Shown here in pieces: positions 1-8,769 of a DNA stretch of 44,217 bases; within the stretch, counting starts at the first letter, position 1, and every line of letters begins with the position of its first letter. The notes beneath the pieces are model-generated. The model was given only the letters and a program-made list of their open reading frames with translations, was not told the DNA's origin and did not search any database. Position numbers and translations under genes: made by a program. Origin of the DNA: Microbacteriaceae bacterium BACL25 MAG-120322-bin65 (GTDB lineage: Bacteria; Actinomycetota; Actinomycetes; Actinomycetales; Microbacteriaceae); NCBI GenBank assembly GCA_001438965.1, contig LIAY01000001.1, forward strand, positions 1 through 44,217, written 5' to 3'.

Positions 1-2
1 CG

Positions 3-521
3 AGCTCGGGTAAGTTCCTAGAAATCAACCGCAACCTGGTCGAGGCACTGCGTGAGCGTGGCCTGTGGGAGTCCACTCGTGAGGACATCCTCCGTAGCCA
101 GGGAGACATCCAGGGCATCGAATCAATTCCTCAGGAGCTCAAAGACATCTATAAGACAAGCTTCCAGCTTTCCTCATTCGCGTTCTTGGAGGTTGCAGCG
201 AGGGCTCAGAAGTGGATTGATCAGGCCATTAGCCGCAACATGTATTTAGAAACCCGGGATATCGATGACCTCATGTCGATTTACTCCGGTGCCTGGAAAC
301 GCGGCGTCAAGACCACCTATTACCTGCACATGAAGCCTCGCCACACTGCCGAGCAGTCGACAGTGAAGGTTAATAAGTCTGCGCAGGTTAATGATTCAGG
401 AGCGTCCACCCCGAGAAAAGGTTTCGGGGCAGCGCCCAAGACAACACAAGAGCCCCTCGCCGCCGCAGCCACCCCCAAAAAGGGCTTTGGTTTCGGTTCC
501 ACACCTCAGGCAGGGGAGTAA
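3..521 (+). CDS. nrdA: Ribonucleoside-diphosphate reductase alpha subunit, 3' part (5' end outside window)
   Basis: Frame open from base 3 (SSGKFLEINRNL...) to TAA 519-521. Contains QKWIDQAISRN and RGVKTTYYL (tandem Tyr of the radical pathway) and lies directly upstream of nrdB. No Cys in the visible C-terminal 172 aa. Confidence 0.95.
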   Translation, partial: SSGKFLEINRNLVEALRERGLWESTREDILRSQGDIQGIESIPQELKDIYKTSFQLSSFAFLEVAARAQKWIDQAISRNMYLETRDIDDLMSIYSGAWKRGVKTTYYLHMKPRHTAEQSTVKVNKSAQVNDSGASTPRKGFGAAPKTTQEPLAAAATPKKGFGFGSTPQAGE

Positions 522-526
522 GCACG

Positions 527-613
527 ATGAACTCTCTCGCCACAGACACGGTTGACGGTTACGCCGTTCCCACAGACCCAATGGAACTACTGCAGTGCGA
601 TAGCTGCCAGTAG
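527..613 (+). CDS. 28-aa acidic peptide ending in CDSCQ; resembles the NrdA C-terminal redox-active CxxC tail encoded as a separate ORF
   Basis: ATG 527 to TAG 611-613, hand-translated as MNSLATDTVDGYAVPTDPMELLQCDSCQ. GGGGAG at 513-518 lies 8 nt before the ATG. Too short to appear in the ORF track. Confidence 0.8.
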   Translation: MNSLATDTVDGYAVPTDPMELLQCDSCQ

Positions 614-655
614 GCCACAACCCCTAAAAAACGACTCGAAAGTAAAGGAAAAACG

Positions 656-1639
656 ATGGGAATTCTCGGACAAGGAGTACAAGAAGGTCTCCTTCTGAAG
701 CCAGTGAAGTACAAGTGGGCAATGGATCTCTACGAACAGGCGGTGGCTAACACCTGGTTCCCCAACGAAATTCAGTTGGGTGAAGACATTGCTGATTTCA
801 AAAAGATGACCGATGAAGAGCGTCACGCGATCACTTTCTTGATGAGCTACTTCAACCCCAGTGAACTGCTGGTCAATAAAGCTCTCGCCTTTGGCGTTTA
901 CCCCTACATCAATGCCCCCGAGGCGCACCTCTACCTGGCCAAGCAGATGTGGGAAGAAGCCAACCACTGCATGAGCTTCGAGTATGTCTTGGAGACGTTC
1001 CCGATTGACCGTGAGGCCGCCTACGCACAGCACGTGGATGTGCCCTCGATGGCCAGGAAAGAAGAATTTGAAGTCGGCTTCATCCGTCGCATGACGGAGG
1101 AAACCATCGACATCACCACCACTGAGGGCAAGCAAGACTTTGTGCGCAACCTGGTTGCTTACAACGTCATCCTCGAAGGTATTTGGTTCTATTCGGGCTT
1201 CATGGTCGCGTTGAGCTTCCGCCAGCGCAACCTGTTGCGTAACTTCGGATCCCTCGTGGACTGGATTGTTCGAGACGAGAGCCTGCACTTGAAGTTTGGA
1301 ATGAACCTGATTCTTACTGTCTTGGAAGAAAACGAAGACCTGCAAACGCCGGAGTTCGCTAGTGAGATTCGCCAGATGATTATTGATGCTGTCGAAATGG
1401 AAGAGCAGTACAACCACGATCTGCTCCCCAACGGAATCTTGGGCCTCAATGCCAACTACATCAACCAGTACGTGAAGTATTTGGCTGATCGCCGTTTGGA
1501 AGAACTCGGCTTTGAAACCGAATACAACGTGAGCAACCCGGCTAAATGGATGGCCACAGCCAATGACACGTTGCAGTTGGTGAACTTCTTTGAGTCGACC
1601 AATACTTCTTATGAAGTAAACGCCACGTCAACGAAGTAG
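656..1639 (+). CDS. nrdB: Ribonucleotide reductase beta subunit, class Ic (R2c)-type
   Basis: Ferritin-like ligands E70, E101-x2-H104, E174, D207-E208-x2-H211. F108 occupies the radical-Tyr position. C-terminal NFFE...Y319. AAAGGA RBS. Confidence 0.95.
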   Translation: MGILGQGVQEGLLLKPVKYKWAMDLYEQAVANTWFPNEIQLGEDIADFKKMTDEERHAITFLMSYFNPSELLVNKALAFGVYPYINAPEAHLYLAKQMWEEANHCMSFEYVLETFPIDREAAYAQHVDVPSMARKEEFEVGFIRRMTEETIDITTTEGKQDFVRNLVAYNVILEGIWFYSGFMVALSFRQRNLLRNFGSLVDWIVRDESLHLKFGMNLILTVLEENEDLQTPEFASEIRQMIIDAVEMEEQYNHDLLPNGILGLNANYINQYVKYLADRRLEELGFETEYNVSNPAKWMATANDTLQLVNFFESTNTSYEVNATSTK

Positions 1640-1669
1640 GTTCGCTAGAACTTAGGCAAAACAGCATTG

Positions 1670-1711
1670 CAGTGGGAGAAGCCAGCGACGGAGGCTTCTC
1701 CCACTGTTTTT
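1670..1711 (+). terminator. Rho-independent terminator of the nrdAB operon
   Basis: 14-bp stem CAGTGGGAGAAGCC (1670-1683) / GGCTTCTCCCACTG (1693-1706) followed by TTTTT. Confidence 0.9.
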
Positions 1712-1745
1712 GCCACCTAAGCCAACGAAGTGTGAGGATGGGCAT

Positions 1746-2588
1746 ATGAAAACTCCTGCGAACCAGCCTTCCCGGATGCTCAACACGGGGGACTCCATTC
1801 CTCAGCTAGGAATTGGTGTCTTCAAAGTTGATGACGATGAATGCGAACGTGTTGTCTTAGAGGCACTCGAGGTTGGCTATCGCCATATCGATACGGCCAT
1901 GATCTACCGCAATGAGGCAGCCGTGGGCCGGGCTATCGCCCACAGCGGTATTCCCCGCGAGGAACTCTTTGTCACCACCAAACTCTGGAATGCCGACCAA
2001 GGTGCGGATGCGACCGCTGGTGGGTTAGCAACAAGTTTGGAACTTCTAGGCCTGGAGTATGTCGACTTGTATCTCATTCACTGGCCAGCGCCGCTTCGTG
2101 ACGTGTACGTCGAGACCTGGTTGGCCTTGGAAGAGCTCTATGCCACGGGAGTAACTAAAGCCATTGGGGTGTCAAATTTTGAACCTGCTCACCTCGAGAG
2201 GATCTTAGAAGCGGGTTCGGTGGTTCCCGCAATCAACCAGGTCGAGCTTCACCCCGCGTTCCAACAGCGCACTCTGCGCGCCTTCCAGGAGCCTTTGGGT
2301 ATCCTCACTGAAGCCTGGGGGCCTCTGGGCCAGGGTAAATACGACCTAGCCGAGATTGCCGGTCTAGGCGAGATTGCCCAGGCACACGGAAAGAGCATCC
2401 AGCAGGTTGTCCTGCGTTGGCATCTGCAAGAAGGGGTCATTGTGTTCCCCAAGACGGTGCGCAAGCAACGCATGATCGAAAACCTTTCTGTTTTCGACTG
2501 GGAACTCAGTGACGAAGAAATGGTGCTGATGAAATCCATGGATGCAGATCGCAGGGTTGGCACACATCCTGAGGATGGCAACTGGTAG
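1746..2588 (+). CDS. Aldo/keto reductase (DkgA-like)
   Basis: [31 protein letters not shown] and NQVELHP motifs. ATG 1746 preferred over TTG 1710, which lies in the terminator tail. Confidence 0.92.
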   Translation: MKTPANQPSRMLNTGDSIPQLGIGVFKVDDDECERVVLEALEVGYRHIDTAMIYRNEAAVGRAIAHSGIPREELFVTTKLWNADQGADATAGGLATSLELLGLEYVDLYLIHWPAPLRDVYVETWLALEELYATGVTKAIGVSNFEPAHLERILEAGSVVPAINQVELHPAFQQRTLRAFQEPLGILTEAWGPLGQGKYDLAEIAGLGEIAQAHGKSIQQVVLRWHLQEGVIVFPKTVRKQRMIENLSVFDWELSDEEMVLMKSMDADRRVGTHPEDGNW

Positions 2589-2592
2589 GCAG

Positions 2593-4419
2593 ATGAACCG
2601 CTTGGATGGGTCGCAAAGCCCCTACTTGCAGTCCCATTCCGATCAGCCTGTGGACTGGTACCCCTGGGGCGAGGAGGCTTTCGCGGAAGCCGCCAGACGG
2701 GATTTACCCGTCTTTATCTCTATTGGCTACCAAACCTGCCACTGGTGTCATGTCATGGCGAGGGAGACCTTTAGTAACCCCCTCGTTGGGGAATACATCA
2801 ACAAACGCTTTATCTCCATCAAGGTCGACCGGGAAGAACACCCTGATGTGGATGCCGCCTATTTGGCTCAGGCGGTGGCCTTTGGGGACAAATTGGGGTG
2901 GCCGCTCAACGTCTTTGCTGACTCTCAGGGCGTGGCCTATTTTGCTGCCACTTATTTACCTCCTGTTACGAGAATGAAGCAGCCGTCTTTTCTCGAAGTG
3001 GCTAAGACGCTCTCGCGAGCGTGGAACAAGAAACGTAGTGAAGTTCGAGCCAGTACTCGAGCGCTCAAAGAAGCCGTGCACGAAGCAGCGCTGGTTAATG
3101 CCAGAACCGGTATTGAGCAGTTTCCAGACCAAGCACGTCTGGCCAAAGCGGCTATGGAGCTAATGAGTCAAGAAGATAAGATGTATGGCGGTTTGGGAAC
3201 GGGCCCCAAGTTTCCGATGGCTCCAGCCCTCCGATTTCTGCTGAGCCAAGAAGGCCTTGGCAATGAAGAAGCCGGCTTAGCGGGCAGGCGCATTCTTGCC
3301 AGTTATGCGCCGTCACCGCTTCGAGACCCCGTTGAGGGTGGATTTTTTCGATATGCCACAAACCGGGATTTCACCTCCCCTCACCACGAGCGCATGCTGA
3401 ACGACAATGCCAGCTTGCTCACTGCGTATGCGATGGCGGGTTCACTTGATGTTGCTGCCGGGATTGTGTCGTTTTTTCGCAACCAGTTGCTTGGTGAGGG
3501 CGCTCTCGCGTCGGCTCAGGATAGTGAAAGCTCCGTTGATGGCCAACCCAACGATGGCGGCTATTACGAAGCAGACGCTTCCACTCGGAGCACCCTAGAG
3601 CCACCTCAGCTGGACGACAAAGTCGTTACCGCGTGGAATGGGTTGGCTCTAGAGGCGCTAGCCCATGCCCATCGGGGCGGAGTGGCTGGTGACCCTGGTG
3701 GTTTAGGCACGGATATTGCAACCTGGTTGATCGATCACCACATCAAGGACGATGGCAGTGTGATTCGCATGTCCAGAAACGGTGCCCACAGCTCTGCTGT
3801 TGCCACCTTGGCTGATTATGGTGGACTCGCACTGGGACTCATTGAGTTGGGGTTAGCCACCCAGCGTGCCGATTTTGTAGCGAAAGGCCGCGACGTTCTC
3901 GACTATGTGATGGTCCGCGGCACCAACATCGAGCAGGACCCTGTTTTAGCGGCTCGAGGTTTGGGGTGGACTCCTGATATTTCTGAAGGCGTCAACCCCA
4001 ATGGCCTCTCACTTTTGGCCCTTGCGAGCATTCGCTTGGCGGCACTGACGGGTAAAGAGGCTTATCGCGAGTATGCATGGTTCCTCGTTTCACCTTTGAT
4101 GAAGCAGGCCTTGGCCATGCCACAAGGCATGGGTGCTCTGCTCTCAGCACTGAGCGAGCTTGCGACCAGGGCGCGCGAAGTCATTGTCATTGATGATGGT
4201 GACTCCACGCTTTCTGACATGGCAAAGAATTACCAACGGACGGGAACGGTGGTCGTCACCGCCAATTCTGCTCAGGCACAACAATTCTTGGATTCTGGAT
4301 TCAATCTTTTTGAATCCAGAACGTCCGGCTTGAGGGCCACGGCCTATGTGTGCACCGAAGGCGTGTGTGCGCTTCCGGCAACGACACCCGAAGAGTTTGC
4401 CCGGCAATTAGAGGACTAA
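2593..4419 (+). CDS. Thioredoxin domain-containing protein (YyaL/SSP411, DUF255 family)
   Basis: [61 protein letters not shown]. Confidence 0.9.
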   Translation: MNRLDGSQSPYLQSHSDQPVDWYPWGEEAFAEAARRDLPVFISIGYQTCHWCHVMARETFSNPLVGEYINKRFISIKVDREEHPDVDAAYLAQAVAFGDKLGWPLNVFADSQGVAYFAATYLPPVTRMKQPSFLEVAKTLSRAWNKKRSEVRASTRALKEAVHEAALVNARTGIEQFPDQARLAKAAMELMSQEDKMYGGLGTGPKFPMAPALRFLLSQEGLGNEEAGLAGRRILASYAPSPLRDPVEGGFFRYATNRDFTSPHHERMLNDNASLLTAYAMAGSLDVAAGIVSFFRNQLLGEGALASAQDSESSVDGQPNDGGYYEADASTRSTLEPPQLDDKVVTAWNGLALEALAHAHRGGVAGDPGGLGTDIATWLIDHHIKDDGSVIRMSRNGAHSSAVATLADYGGLALGLIELGLATQRADFVAKGRDVLDYVMVRGTNIEQDPVLAARGLGWTPDISEGVNPNGLSLLALASIRLAALTGKEAYREYAWFLVSPLMKQALAMPQGMGALLSALSELATRAREVIVIDDGDSTLSDMAKNYQRTGTVVVTANSAQAQQFLDSGFNLFESRTSGLRATAYVCTEGVCALPATTPEEFARQLED

Positions 4420-4509
4420 GGAACCCAAGCTTTTCGACACAACTGCCCCTTGGCGCCATAATGCTGTGCCCCAAGTGCTCTTTGTGGCTAAGACTGCGAC
4501 AATGACTGG

Positions 4510-5322
4510 GTGCTCATTCTCGCTGCGACACCCATCGGCAATTTGGGCGATGCTAGCCCTCGTTTGGCTCAGGCCCTCGCTAGTGCCGATCTGATCGTGG
4601 CGGAAGACACCCGCATGGTTATTAAGTTGATGCGAGCTCTGGGAATAACGACCGAGGCGAACATCATGGCCGCCAATGAACACACTGAGGCGTCGGTGGC
4701 AAAAGTGGTGTTGGATACGGCGCTCACGGAATCCGTCGTGGTAGTCAGTGATGCGGGGATGCCGGCCATTAGCGATCCTGGTTATGTTCTCGCCTCCGGC
4801 GCACGCCAGCGCAATATTCCCATCACGGTCATCCCGGGCCCCAGTGCGGGGCTTTCGGCGCTTGCCGCCAGTGGGCTACCCACTGATCGTTTTGTGCATG
4901 AAGGGTTTATTCCCAAAAAGGGTCGCCAAGGGTATTTTCGCTCGTTAGAAAACCAAACCCGGACCATGATTTTCTTTGAATCCCCCCACCGGCTCGCGGC
5001 CTCGTTGCGTGATGCAGCAGAAGTGTTTGGGCGAGAGCGTGAAGCCTGCGTGGCACGGGAGATCACCAAAATGTTTGAAGAGATTGCTCGGGGAACACTC
5101 GCTGAGCTAGCTTTGCACTTTGCCGAGGGCACTAAAGGCGAAGTGGTGGTGGTGATCGCCGGTAGGGCAGCCGATTCGATGAGCCTGGATGATGGTGTTG
5201 CCGAGGTGGCACGGCTAGTGGCCGAAGGGATGAAGCTCACCGCAGCCTGCGCACAGGTGGCAAAAGACTCCGGTTTAGCTAAGGGCGAGCTCTATCGGGC
5301 AAGCATTCCCTCGGGTGCGTAG
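4510..5322 (+). CDS. rsmI: 16S rRNA (cytidine1402-2'-O)-methyltransferase
   Basis: LAATPIGNLGD, AEDTR, VSDAGMPAISDPG, FFESPHR, REITKMFEE. Confidence 0.95.
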   Translation: MLILAATPIGNLGDASPRLAQALASADLIVAEDTRMVIKLMRALGITTEANIMAANEHTEASVAKVVLDTALTESVVVVSDAGMPAISDPGYVLASGARQRNIPITVIPGPSAGLSALAASGLPTDRFVHEGFIPKKGRQGYFRSLENQTRTMIFFESPHRLAASLRDAAEVFGREREACVAREITKMFEEIARGTLAELALHFAEGTKGEVVVVIAGRAADSMSLDDGVAEVARLVAEGMKLTAACAQVAKDSGLAKGELYRASIPSGA

Positions 5323-5334
5323 AATTGACCACCG

Positions 5335-6912
5335 ATGGCTACTTCTGCGAATGACTCCTTTTTTATTGCGACACCCATTTTCTATGTAAATGACGTGCCG
5401 CATATTGGCCACGCCTACACCGAGGTGGCAGCTGATGCTCTGTCTCGGTGGATGCGCCAAAGCGGAATGGACACCTGGTTTCTCACCGGGACCGATGAGC
5501 ATGGACAGAAGATCATGCGCACCGCCTTAGCCAATGGGGTAAGTCCGAAAGAGTGGGCCGATCGCCTGGTGGAGCAATCCTGGAAGCCACTGCTCCAGAC
5601 GCTGGACCTGGCTAATGACGACTTTATTCGCACCACCGAGGCCCGCCACGAAGTGGCGGTCACAAAGTTTCTGACCCTGCTGCATGACAAAGGCTTTATT
5701 TATCAGGGTGAGTATGAAGGTTTCTATTGCGTTGGCTGTGAAGAATATAAGCCGGCAGCCGACTTGGTCGATGGCGTTGGTGAGTTTGAAGGCCAGAAAG
5801 TGTGCCAAATCCACGGACGACCTGTGGAGGTTTTGAAGGAAGAAAACTATTTCTTCAAAATGAGTGATTTCCAGCAGGATCTGCTGGACCTGTATCAATC
5901 TCAGCCCGATTTCATTCAACCGCCCAGCGTGCGCAACGAAATTATTGCTTTTGTGAATCGTGGCCTGGACGACCTTTCGATTTCGCGCTCCAACATCGAC
6001 TGGGGTATTGAGGTGCCCTTCGATAAGAGCCACGTGACCTATGTGTGGTTTGAAGCACTGCTTAACTACATCACTGCCACCGGGTGGGGTTCTGATGAGG
6101 AAACGTTTGCCAGGCGGTGGCCTGCCATCCAACTGGTTGGAAAAGACATTGCCCGTTTTCACGCGGTGATTTGGCCGGCCATGTTGATGGCCGCTGGTTT
6201 AGCTCCGCCTAAGAGGGTCTTCGCTCACGGTTGGTTGCTTGTTGGTGGCGAAAAAATGTCCAAATCGAAGCTCACCGGTATTGCCCCGACCGATATCACC
6301 AGCGTCTTTGGCTCGGATGCCTTTCGCTATTACTTCCTTCGCGCCATCACCTTTGGTTCTGATGGTTCCTTTAGCTGGGAGGACCTCTCTGCCCGCTATG
6401 AAGCGGAGTTAGCTAACGGCTTAGGAAACTTGGCCTCACGCGTGATCGCCATGATTACGAGGTATCGAGACGGTGTGATACCCGATGGTGCACCAGGTTC
6501 CGCTCCAGCTGAAGCCGCTCTGCAAGCGGTCATGGCAGAGGCTGTGCCGGCAGCCGATGCGGCAATGAATGCCTTTGCCCCCCATGAGGCCTTGGGGCAG
6601 TTATGGCGGATTGTGGATGCCACTAATGGCTATATCACCGAACAAGAACCGTGGGTCTTAGCCAAGGATCCGCAGGAGGCGCAGCGCTTGGATGCGGTGC
6701 TCTATAACGCTGCCGATGCTTTGCGCTGCCTTGCTGTGACACTCTCACCCTTTATGCCCCAGGCCACTCACAAGCTCTGGGTCGCACTCGGTATGCCGGG
6801 GTCGCTACAAGATCAGAACATCCCCGACGCGGGCTTCGCGGGAGGCTTGACTCCCGGTGTGAGCGTTGGGGAATTACTACCGCTGTTTCCTCGCATTGAC
6901 CCAGAAGCCTAA
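5335..6912 (+). CDS. metG: Methionine--tRNA ligase
   Basis: HIGH (PHIGHAY) and KMSKS motifs, TGTDEHGQK. Confidence 0.97.
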   Translation: MATSANDSFFIATPIFYVNDVPHIGHAYTEVAADALSRWMRQSGMDTWFLTGTDEHGQKIMRTALANGVSPKEWADRLVEQSWKPLLQTLDLANDDFIRTTEARHEVAVTKFLTLLHDKGFIYQGEYEGFYCVGCEEYKPAADLVDGVGEFEGQKVCQIHGRPVEVLKEENYFFKMSDFQQDLLDLYQSQPDFIQPPSVRNEIIAFVNRGLDDLSISRSNIDWGIEVPFDKSHVTYVWFEALLNYITATGWGSDEETFARRWPAIQLVGKDIARFHAVIWPAMLMAAGLAPPKRVFAHGWLLVGGEKMSKSKLTGIAPTDITSVFGSDAFRYYFLRAITFGSDGSFSWEDLSARYEAELANGLGNLASRVIAMITRYRDGVIPDGAPGSAPAEAALQAVMAEAVPAADAAMNAFAPHEALGQLWRIVDATNGYITEQEPWVLAKDPQEAQRLDAVLYNAADALRCLAVTLSPFMPQATHKLWVALGMPGSLQDQNIPDAGFAGGLTPGVSVGELLPLFPRIDPEA

Positions 6913-6917
6913 AAGTC

Positions 6918-7859
6918 ATGGCGAATTCTGGCGACTCGCTACCTGCTCACCTTCGCCAACGAAGGGATGGGTCCTCCGGTGATCGCACCAGTTCCTATCC
7001 GCCAGCACCACCAGCACTGTCGGTAGGGGTTTATGACAATCACGCCCACCTGGAATTTGCAGCTGGTGATAATCCGATGGATTACAGCACGCATCTCGAT
7101 CAGGCCGGTGCCGTGGGAGTGCTCGGTGTGGTTCAAGTGGGCACGGATGTGGAAACATCGCAGTGGTCTGCAGCATTAGCCAGCAGGGAACCTCGAGTGC
7201 TAGCAGCAGTGGCTATTCACCCGAATGAGGCTCCGCTTTTGGCTCAGGCAGGAAAACTGGATGAGGCGATGGCGGCTCTTGATGAGCTAGCTTCGATGCC
7301 ACGAGTTGTGGCCATTGGCGAGACTGGCCTAGATTTTTTCCGCACCGCAGAGCCACTGCGCGAAGCCCAGAAAGAGGCTTTTCGTGAGCACATCGCTCTG
7401 GCTAAAAAACATGACCTAGCTCTGCAGATTCATGACCGGGATGCGCATCAGGCCGTAGTGGAGGTGTTGCTCGAGGTGGGCGCCCCTGATCGAACTGTCT
7501 TTCACTGTTTTAGCGGTGATCGGGAACTAGCTGGAATCTTGACCGAGCACGGCTGGTATGCCTCTTTTTCCGGCACGGTGACGTTCAAAAATTCTCACGA
7601 CCTGCGTGAGGCGCTGCAGGTTATGCCCCGCTCTCACATTCTGGTGGAGACCGATACGCCGTTTTTGACACCAGATCCCTTTAGAGGCAGACCCAATAGC
7701 CCTTATATGGTGCCCTACAGCGTCCTATCCATGGCTGCCACCTTGGGGATGGAACCTAGCTTGTTGGCCGCTCAGCTCACCAGTAATACCCATGATGTTT
7801 ATGGTGGCTGGGGCGATATGCCACTGGACCCGTTGGGATCTGTCCTTGATGGCCGATAA
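6918..7859 (+). CDS. tatD: TatD family hydrolase
   Basis: DNHAH, IHPNE, IGETGLD, IHDRDA, VFHCFSG, LVETDTPFL. Confidence 0.92.
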   Translation: MANSGDSLPAHLRQRRDGSSGDRTSSYPPAPPALSVGVYDNHAHLEFAAGDNPMDYSTHLDQAGAVGVLGVVQVGTDVETSQWSAALASREPRVLAAVAIHPNEAPLLAQAGKLDEAMAALDELASMPRVVAIGETGLDFFRTAEPLREAQKEAFREHIALAKKHDLALQIHDRDAHQAVVEVLLEVGAPDRTVFHCFSGDRELAGILTEHGWYASFSGTVTFKNSHDLREALQVMPRSHILVETDTPFLTPDPFRGRPNSPYMVPYSVLSMAATLGMEPSLLAAQLTSNTHDVYGGWGDMPLDPLGSVLDGR

Positions 7860-8694
7860 AGCTCGGTTACTCGGTGCGAGCGAACTGCGAGCGCTCGCGG
7901 TCGAAATTGGTATGGTTCCCACAAAAAAACTGGGCCAAAACTTTGTTCATGATGCCAACACAATCAGACGCATTGTTTCCTTGGCCCATGTGACAGCCAG
8001 CGAGCACGTGTTGGAAGTGGGCCCAGGGCTTGGCTCACTAACGCTTGGATTAGTCGAAACCGGTGCGATGGTGACCGCGGTGGAAATTGATCCACGCTTG
8101 GCAACATTGCTGCCGCGCACCGTGGCCGCTCACGTGCCCGAGGCCAGGCTGAATGTGGTGTGTGCAGATGCTTTGGCGATTGTGGATTTACCCGCGGATA
8201 TTTCGGTGGTGGTCGCCAATCTTCCCTACAACACGTCTGTGCCGATTGTGTTGCACCTGCTGCGCTCGCTTTCCTCTATCGAGCGCGTGATGGTGATGGT
8301 GCAAGCTGAGGTAGCCCAGAGATTGGCAGCCACGCCGGGATCGAAAGCATACGGTGGCCCCAGTGTGAAGGCGGCCTGGTTTGGCCAGTGGTCTGTTGCC
8401 GGCCCCGTCTCGAGGCAAGTTTTCTGGCCGATTCCCAATGTTGATTCACTCTTAGTGGGCATGATCGCAAGGCCCAACCCTGGCGATGAAGCACTCAGAA
8501 AAATCGTGTGGGATTTAGTCGATCACGCTTTTGCCACCAGGCGAAAGATGGCGCGAGGAGCGCTCGCTCAGTATGTCGGCAACGAGCGCGTTAGTCATGT
8601 GATTACCGAGGCTGGGCTCAACCCTGAGGACCGTGGTGAGCAGTGGAACTTGGATGATTTTGTGGCTTTAGCCAAAGTTGTGGCTTCGTTGTAG
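7849..8694 (+). CDS. rsmA: 16S rRNA (adenine1518/1519-N6)-dimethyltransferase
   Basis: KKLGQNF, LEVGPGLGSLT, VANLPYN, MVQAEVA. Start ATG 7849 overlaps the tatD end. Confidence 0.95.
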   Translation: MADKARLLGASELRALAVEIGMVPTKKLGQNFVHDANTIRRIVSLAHVTASEHVLEVGPGLGSLTLGLVETGAMVTAVEIDPRLATLLPRTVAAHVPEARLNVVCADALAIVDLPADISVVVANLPYNTSVPIVLHLLRSLSSIERVMVMVQAEVAQRLAATPGSKAYGGPSVKAAWFGQWSVAGPVSRQVFWPIPNVDSLLVGMIARPNPGDEALRKIVWDLVDHAFATRRKMARGALAQYVGNERVSHVITEAGLNPEDRGEQWNLDDFVALAKVVASL

Positions 8695-8722
8695 CCAAAC
8701 GCTCGCAAAGTTCCACCTCGTT

Positions 8723-8754
8723 ATGGCCCCTGGGCGGGTAACCCGCCCCGCCAT
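8723..8754. other. GC-rich hairpin between rsmA and ispE (possible terminator without U-tract)
   Basis: GGGCGGG-TAA-CCCGCCC (8732-8748) flanked by ATGGC/GCCAT. Confidence 0.45.
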
Positions 8755-8769
8755 CGATACGCTTGGGGG

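Noticed and set aside
519-540. Stop-codon readthrough of nrdA into the CxxC tail
   Set aside because: The tail is in a different frame, and the nrdA frame meets another stop (TGA 528-530), so simple readthrough cannot join them.
587-1417. 276-aa minus-strand ORF
   Set aside because: Antisense shadow of nrdB with no recognisable motifs. Long antisense frames are expected from codon bias.
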